Below, piece by piece: positions 27,257 to 32,000 of a stretch of 32,000 nucleotides of DNA. The notes below the pieces were generated by a model. That model searched no databases. It saw only the letters and a program-made list of their open reading frames with translations, and had not been told where the DNA came from. Position numbers and translations under genes: made by a program. Each line of letters begins with the position of its first letter. Position 1 is the stretch's first letter. The stretch is from Thermofilum pendens Hrk 5 (lineage in GTDB: Archaea; Thermoproteota; Thermoprotei; Thermofilales; Thermofilaceae): assembly GCF_000015225.1 (NCBI RefSeq), contig NC_008698.1:870001-902000 (forward strand). The letters are read 5' to 3'.

Positions 27257-29438
27257 CGGCTGCGCGAGGGGGCAGGCATCCGCCGTCGGAGCCGTATTCA
27301 TAACCATGGTGTTCATACTCCTCGCGGTACTCGTCTCCAGGCAGATACAGGTTCAGACGGAGGTCCAGAGAATTGCCTCGGAGGTCCTGGAGGCCAGGAG
27401 GTCCGAGGGCGCCCTATCCCTCAAGGTAAACGACACGTATACCTCGAACAGCGCGGGCGTAGCGGTCGCCGAGGAGGGGCAGGGCACGTGCGACCCCGCG
27501 GCTCTCCTGAAGGAGGACGGCTACTACTGCACATTCAACGCGGTAAACATCGGTGGAACCTACGTCTTGAAGCTCAACCTCTCAGCGCAGAGCGTGCCGC
27601 CCACCCTCCTAAACACGACTTGTAGAATGCTCCTCTACTCCAACGCGACGCTCCAGGCATCGCTCTACGAGAAGGTCAACGCAAGCCTCGCGCTCCTCCA
27701 GACGTTCACCCTGCCGAACGCCACGTGGACGCGCCTCTCGGTGGGCTCGAAGACTCCGAGCTACGTGCTCCTCGCCCAGTCCCAGAGCCCCTTCCAGCTG
27801 AAGCTAGACTACCTCGGCTACACATACACCGTCTACAACTCCACAGGCTTCTACGCGATCGTAGCGAACGGGGGCCCCGGGCACGCCTACATATACGCGG
27901 TCTGGGCGGTTACAAGCGAAGCCCCCACAGGCAGGATAGCCGTTAACCGGCTACTGGAGCCCGGCGACAGCGTAACAGTATCGGTGCCCATACCAAGCTA
28001 CAACGTCTCAGAGCTACGCGTAGCGACAAGCACCAGGGTGTACATCTACAAGATACGCGCATCACTGCCGCCTACACGTGGAGCCCCGCCGGGGGCACTC
28101 GCCAAGTTCGCTATTGTAAGCTACAACACCACGGTGACCGGGGCGACGGGCTCTCTGAAAAGGTTCGTAGCCAGTGTCAAGAACGTTGGGAATGCCAGCG
28201 GAACGGTGTCCGTAGAGGTTTACGACCATGCGGGCTCCCTCGTGGGCAAAACGTCGCTGAGCCTAAGCCCCGGGCAGGTGGGAGAAGCTAGCATCACTAT
28301 CACGCTCCCAGGACAGCCCGGGACCTACACGTGGATGGTGCTAGCTAGGAACGCCGCCACGGGAGGCGTAGACGACTCGAAGAGCTTCACCGTGAACGCC
28401 GTGAGCTGGCTCTACTCAGGCTGGCTGTACAGGAAGGGCCACGACATTGTTGGCTCTACTGCGGGGGCTGTTTCCGGCTACCAGGTGAGGCTCAGGGTGT
28501 GTAGTGGTAGCGGGACTGACTCGGGGGATACTGTCTACTTGAACGGGAAGGGGAGGGCGGACTTCGGGGACCTCAGGTTCTCGTACCTCCAGCCCGACGG
28601 GAGAGAGGTAGCTATACCGTACTGGGTGGAGAGCGTTAGCGGCGGCTGCGCCACCGTATGGGTGAAGGTGCCGAGCATACCTGCCAGCCCCGGGACAGCC
28701 AGGATATACGTCTACTACGGAAACCCCTCTGCTACTAGCGAGAGCAACGGAGCGGCGACGTTCATCTACTTCAACGACTTCTCGAGCGCCATAGGTTTCA
28801 CGAGCTTCCCATACGACAAGGGGGCGGACGGCTGGGGCGACGTGGACGGTAGCGACTCTTCTGGCTGGCAGCTCTTCCAGGGGGCTCTCAAGCACCGCGT
28901 GACTGTTGACGCTAGCCACATGTACGCGTTGACGGACGTCCAGAATGGTAACGTGGCTGTATGTGTCCTCATAAACCTCGGGAAGCTCGAGGAGATAGAG
29001 GAGGCGGGAGTAGCGGCTAGGCACAGTGTCGACGCCAACGGCTACATAAGGCAGTACTACGCTAGGCTCATATACGCGCCGAGCCTGATCGACTCGTTAA
29101 CGTTTAGGCCAAGAGTTAACGTGGAGCTCGTTAAGAGTACTGGTCTGCCGAGCGAGGTAGAGCCCGTGCACGTCTATTACAGCTTGCAGGCTAATACTTG
29201 GTACAAGCTTGAGATGAGGCTGTACGGTGGGCACATAACAGTGTACGTGAACGACTCTAAGGTTATCGACTGGACCGACTCAAGCCCGATAACCTCCGGC
29301 TCCAGGCTAGGCCTCTTCAGCGCGTACAACAAGAACGTCGACCACCTATACGACAACTTCTACGTCCGCAACTACGTAGAGCCAGAGCCAAGCCACGGGC
29401 AGTGGCTCCCGGAGGAGACTCCGCCAGCGGATCCTTAA
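27246..29438 (+). CDS. Large type IV pilin-like surface protein: class III signal peptide + CARDB-like Ig domain + DUF2341 + ConA-like lectin/glucanase domain
   Basis: 730 aa. MSRDGCARG|QASAVGAVFITMVFILLAVLV. CARDB-like FVASVKNVGNASGTVSVEVYD...GTYTWMV. DUF2341-like WLYRKGHDI...YQVRLRV...GDLRFSY..DGREVAIPYWVES...ATVWVKVPSIPA...IYVYYGN. C-terminal WYKLEMRLYGGHITVYVNDSKVIDW...LGLFS...DNFYVRNY. ATG overlaps the upstream gene by 11 nt, with a GAGGGGG Shine-Dalgarno. About a dozen N-x-S/T sequons. Confidence 0.7.
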   Translation: MSRDGCARGQASAVGAVFITMVFILLAVLVSRQIQVQTEVQRIASEVLEARRSEGALSLKVNDTYTSNSAGVAVAEEGQGTCDPAALLKEDGYYCTFNAVNIGGTYVLKLNLSAQSVPPTLLNTTCRMLLYSNATLQASLYEKVNASLALLQTFTLPNATWTRLSVGSKTPSYVLLAQSQSPFQLKLDYLGYTYTVYNSTGFYAIVANGGPGHAYIYAVWAVTSEAPTGRIAVNRLLEPGDSVTVSVPIPSYNVSELRVATSTRVYIYKIRASLPPTRGAPPGALAKFAIVSYNTTVTGATGSLKRFVASVKNVGNASGTVSVEVYDHAGSLVGKTSLSLSPGQVGEASITITLPGQPGTYTWMVLARNAATGGVDDSKSFTVNAVSWLYSGWLYRKGHDIVGSTAGAVSGYQVRLRVCSGSGTDSGDTVYLNGKGRADFGDLRFSYLQPDGREVAIPYWVESVSGGCATVWVKVPSIPASPGTARIYVYYGNPSATSESNGAATFIYFNDFSSAIGFTSFPYDKGADGWGDVDGSDSSGWQLFQGALKHRVTVDASHMYALTDVQNGNVAVCVLINLGKLEEIEEAGVAARHSVDANGYIRQYYARLIYAPSLIDSLTFRPRVNVELVKSTGLPSEVEPVHVYYSLQANTWYKLEMRLYGGHITVYVNDSKVIDWTDSSPITSGSRLGLFSAYNKNVDHLYDNFYVRNYVEPEPSHGQWLPEETPPADP

Positions 29439-29500
29439 CGCGAACGTTAGCCTTATGTACGTTCACGCGTCTAGGTACCGGGGGCTCCTTGAGGAAGGAC

Positions 29501-30871
29501 GTGGAGATCGTGAACACAGCTTCTAACGTAGCGGTCGTCACCCTGTGGACTAAGAAGGAAGTCGTCGTCGAGCGCCTCGAGAAGCTCGGGGTGCTCGGCA
29601 AGGTCTACGCGGTTGGGACTCTCTACACGAAGTACGGCGTGAACTACCTTCTCCACACGCTGTCCACGACGCCCCAGGTCGACGTGCTAGTGGTCTTCGG
29701 GGCAGACCTGATGGGTAGCGGGGAGGCTCTGGTAAAGCTCTTCAAGGGCGAAGTGGACGAGGGGTTGAAGCTCCTCTGGAGCCTCGAAGAGCTAAAGCCG
29801 TTGCTCTCCTCGGTCAGGGTCGTCGACCTGAGGGAAGCGTTCAAGAGGGGGGACTGGGGCGCCCTCGCCAGGGCGATAGAGGAGAACTACAGGCCCGGCG
29901 CGAGGAGGCCCGCCGCGCCGCTGAGGATGGAGGAGGTGGAGCTAGAGTCCTGGCCCCTCCAGGTGGCGGGGCTCTACGTGCAGGAGACGAGCCTTTTCAG
30001 GGCGTGGGTCAAGCTCGTCGACGCCGTTATGACGTGGGGCTTCGTGAAGGGTAGCGAGTACGGCGAGAGGCAGAGGCAGCTCCTCGGCGCGGTGGTAGTG
30101 CTGGACGCCTCGCAACCCCTCGACGAGAGGGTGTACAGGTACTTCCCGCGGGAGGACTTCGAGAGGCAGGCGAAGTCAATACTCGAAGGCGAGGAGGGCG
30201 CTGTCTACAGCTACGGCGACAGGCTCAGGAGGCACCGTGAGGCGGGGGACCAGGTGCGGCGCATCGTCGAGAGGCTCGCGTCCTCGCCGGACACGAGGAG
30301 GGCTATAGCGCTCACGTGGGACTTCGCGACGGATACGAACTCCCAGGACCCCCCGTGCCTCGTAGCCGTGCAGGGAGACCTCAGCGGCGACACGTACAAC
30401 CAGGTCGCCTTCTTCAGGAGCCACGACGCCTACGCCGCGTGGCCCCTCAACGCGTACGGGCTACTCGCCCTCATGCGCCGAGTCGCCGGCGAGCTATCCG
30501 AAAGGACCGGCAGAGCCGTGAAGCCCGGGTGGCTCGTCGTCTACAGCTCCTCGCTCCACGTCTACGAGCACGACTGGGGGAGGGCGCTGAGGCTAGTCCA
30601 GGAGAACGCCGCCGAGGCCAGGGGTGCCTTCGTGCCCGACAACAAGGGGAACTTCCTGGTGAGGGTGGAGGGCGGCAGGATAGTCGCGGAGCTGAGGACG
30701 CCGGACGGCCGCCTCTACAGGAGGTACGAGGGCGGTAGCGCCTCCGAGGTCCTGAGGCAGGTCGGCCTGGACGCCTTGATGCCGGGCCACGCCGCCTACC
30801 TCTCGAGGGAGCTCTACAGGGCTGAGAAGGCGCTGAGAGAGGGTGGCGAGTACGTCCAGGACGCCGTCTAG
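29501..30871 (+). CDS. Fusion protein: MtrA-like/DUF4346 N-terminal domain + thymidylate synthase (ThyA-fold) domain
   Basis: Track ORF starts at GTG 29402, which overlaps the previous gene. GTG 29501 is preceded by GAGGAAGG. N-domain: NVAVVTLWT...VGTLYTKYGVNYLLHTLSTTPQVDVLVVFGADLMGSGEALVKLF. TS motifs: RRAIALTWD, DPPCLVAVQ (nucleophile Cys), FFRSHDAYAAWPLNAYGLLAL, SLHVYEHD. Confidence 0.7.
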   Translation: MEIVNTASNVAVVTLWTKKEVVVERLEKLGVLGKVYAVGTLYTKYGVNYLLHTLSTTPQVDVLVVFGADLMGSGEALVKLFKGEVDEGLKLLWSLEELKPLLSSVRVVDLREAFKRGDWGALARAIEENYRPGARRPAAPLRMEEVELESWPLQVAGLYVQETSLFRAWVKLVDAVMTWGFVKGSEYGERQRQLLGAVVVLDASQPLDERVYRYFPREDFERQAKSILEGEEGAVYSYGDRLRRHREAGDQVRRIVERLASSPDTRRAIALTWDFATDTNSQDPPCLVAVQGDLSGDTYNQVAFFRSHDAYAAWPLNAYGLLALMRRVAGELSERTGRAVKPGWLVVYSSSLHVYEHDWGRALRLVQENAAEARGAFVPDNKGNFLVRVEGGRIVAELRTPDGRLYRRYEGGSASEVLRQVGLDALMPGHAAYLSRELYRAEKALREGGEYVQDAV

Positions 30872-32000
30872 CCCGTAGCTAGCTTTTTGATTTTCTCGAG
30901 TACTGCGCCGAAGTACTCCACCTCCTCGGGCGTGTTGTAGAGGTATAAGCTAGCCCTCACGGTGCCCATCGGGCTCCCGAGCCTCTTCACAAGCGGCAGG
31001 GCGCAGTGGTGCCCGCTCCTCACCGCGATGCCCTCCAAGTCGAGCATTGAGGCTACCTCGTGCGGCGTCAACCCGTCTAGGTTGAAGCTTACCACGCCGA
31101 GCCTATCCTTCATGTCCCTGGGGCCGTAAATCCTCGCTCCGACACCCTCCAGCACCTCGAGTAGCTTCGCGGTAAGCCTCTTCTCGTGCTCCTCCACGTC
31201 CTCCATGCCCACGCTCCTCAAGTACTCCACCGCCTTCGCGAGCCCCACGGCGCCGGCAACGTTGGGAGTTCCAGCCTCAAACTTGTGGGGCGGGTGGAGC
31301 CACTCGGCGCTACACGAGTCCTCCGCGCAGCTCACCAGGGATATGGCGCCGCCGCCCGGGAACGGGGGTTCAAGCCTCTCGGCGAGATCCCCCCTTATGT
31401 AGAGCCCGCCCGTACCCATGGGTCCGAGCATCTTGTGCCCCGAGAACGCGAAGAAGTCCGCCCCGATATCCTTCACGTCTACCCGCATATGCGGAGTGCT
31501 CTGAGCGCCGTCTACGAGGCAGAAGGCGCCAGCGTCGTGCGCTAGCCTGCACAGCTCCTTCACTGGGTTCACGACGCCCGTCACATTGCTCACGTGGGTC
31601 ACCGCGACTATCTTAGCGCCCCTCGACAGAGCCTTCTCGTACTCGTCGAGCCTAAGCCTGCCCTCGTCGTCCACGTCGACTACCCTCAGCTCGGCCCCCG
31701 CGAGCTTCGCTACCCGCACCCAGGGCAACAGGTTGCTGTGGTGCTCCATCCTCGTAACGACTATGGCGTCGCCCCTCGATATAAGCCCCGACACCAGCAA
31801 CGAGTAGGCGGCTAGGTTTATGGACTCGGTAGTGTTCTTCGTGAAGACGAGCTCCTCGGGCTTCGCCCCTATAAACGCCGCGACAATCTTCCTCGAATCC
31901 TCGTAAGCCTCGGTAGCCCTGAGCCCAAGCTCGTGCACACTCCTACCTATGTTCGCGTTCAGCGACTTGTAAAACGACTCGACAGCCTCCACCACCTGGA
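30868..32000 (-). CDS. sufS: SufS/CsdA-type cysteine desulfurase (class V aminotransferase), 5' end beyond window
   Basis: The reading frame stays open to the window edge (track M at 31995 is an internal GTG). Motifs HHSNLLPW, THVSNVTG, DGAQSTPH, FSGHKMLGPMGTGGLY (PLP Lys), RSGHHCA (catalytic Cys). Confidence 0.85.
   Translation of the reverse strand, partial: QVVEAVESFYKSLNANIGRSVHELGLRATEAYEDSRKIVAAFIGAKPEELVFTKNTTESINLAAYSLLVSGLISRGDAIVVTRMEHHSNLLPWVRVAKLAGAELRVVDVDDEGRLRLDEYEKALSRGAKIVAVTHVSNVTGVVNPVKELCRLAHDAGAFCLVDGAQSTPHMRVDVKDIGADFFAFSGHKMLGPMGTGGLYIRGDLAERLEPPFPGGGAISLVSCAEDSCSAEWLHPPHKFEAGTPNVAGAVGLAKAVEYLRSVGMEDVEEHEKRLTAKLLEVLEGVGARIYGPRDMKDRLGVVSFNLDGLTPHEVASMLDLEGIAVRSGHHCALPLVKRLGSPMGTVRASLYLYNTPEEVEYFGAVLEKIKKLATG

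Noticed and set aside
29402-29500. GTG 29402 as the start of the DUF4346-TS fusion
   Set aside because: It would overlap the preceding gene by 37 nt and add a Gly/Ser/Thr-rich non-conserved leader. GTG 29501 has a GAGGAAGG ribosome-binding motif. The start is still uncertain, so the range is noted in the feature.

Overview
GC-rich, tightly packed archaeal chromosome segment. Crenarchaeal hallmarks: AGG/AGA/ATA codon use, frequent GTG/TTG starts, and A/T-rich TATA boxes about 27 bp upstream of first-gene start codons, so most transcripts look leaderless. Operon-internal genes instead carry GAGG-type Shine-Dalgarno motifs, and RNA processing signals are of the bulge-helix-bulge (BHB) type. I support about 29 protein genes.

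Genes, in window order:
- Secreted protein cut by the window edge.
- TtuA/Ncs6-type tRNA thiolase with a GG-terminal ubiquitin-like sulfur carrier.
- YhbY/CRM RNA-binding protein.
- PdeM/SbcD-like metallophosphoesterase.
- Class II (Pseudomonas mevalonii-like) HMG-CoA reductase.
- CPBP intramembrane protease.
- ECF-S-like membrane protein.
- Lhr helicase.
- PA-domain M28 peptidase.
- Two large secreted tandem-repeat proteins; one is a C-terminally anchored GH57 glycosidase.
- DHH/DHHA1 phosphoesterase.
- Four-gene sarcosine-oxidase/L-proline-dehydrogenase-like flavoenzyme operon.
- Two tandem paralogous minimal nucleotidyltransferase-fold proteins.
- MBL/diiron-like protein.
- wHTH-CBS regulator.
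- Nre-family repair protein with a C-terminal PIP box.
- Aldo-keto reductase.
- PEBP/YbhB protein.
- Two class-III-signal (archaeal type IV pilin-like) proteins; the second is a 730-aa CARDB + DUF2341 + ConA-lectin protein.
- MtrA-like/DUF4346-thymidylate-synthase fusion.
- Edge-truncated SufS-type cysteine desulfurase.

The most unusual element is invisible to the ORF track. At 22709..22870 lies a circularly permuted tRNA-Tyr(GUA) gene. Positions 60-76 are encoded upstream of positions 1-59. A textbook BHB forms between a 10-bp leader/trailer helix and the T-arm, and an additional ~59-nt anticodon-loop intron is present.

Other points worth a second look are the sharp 100%-identity DNA patches inside otherwise diverged intragenic repeats, the GS->GE nucleotidyltransferase pair, the giant pilin-like lectin protein and the DUF4346-TS fusion. 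No CRISPR array, transposase, integrase or rRNA was seen.
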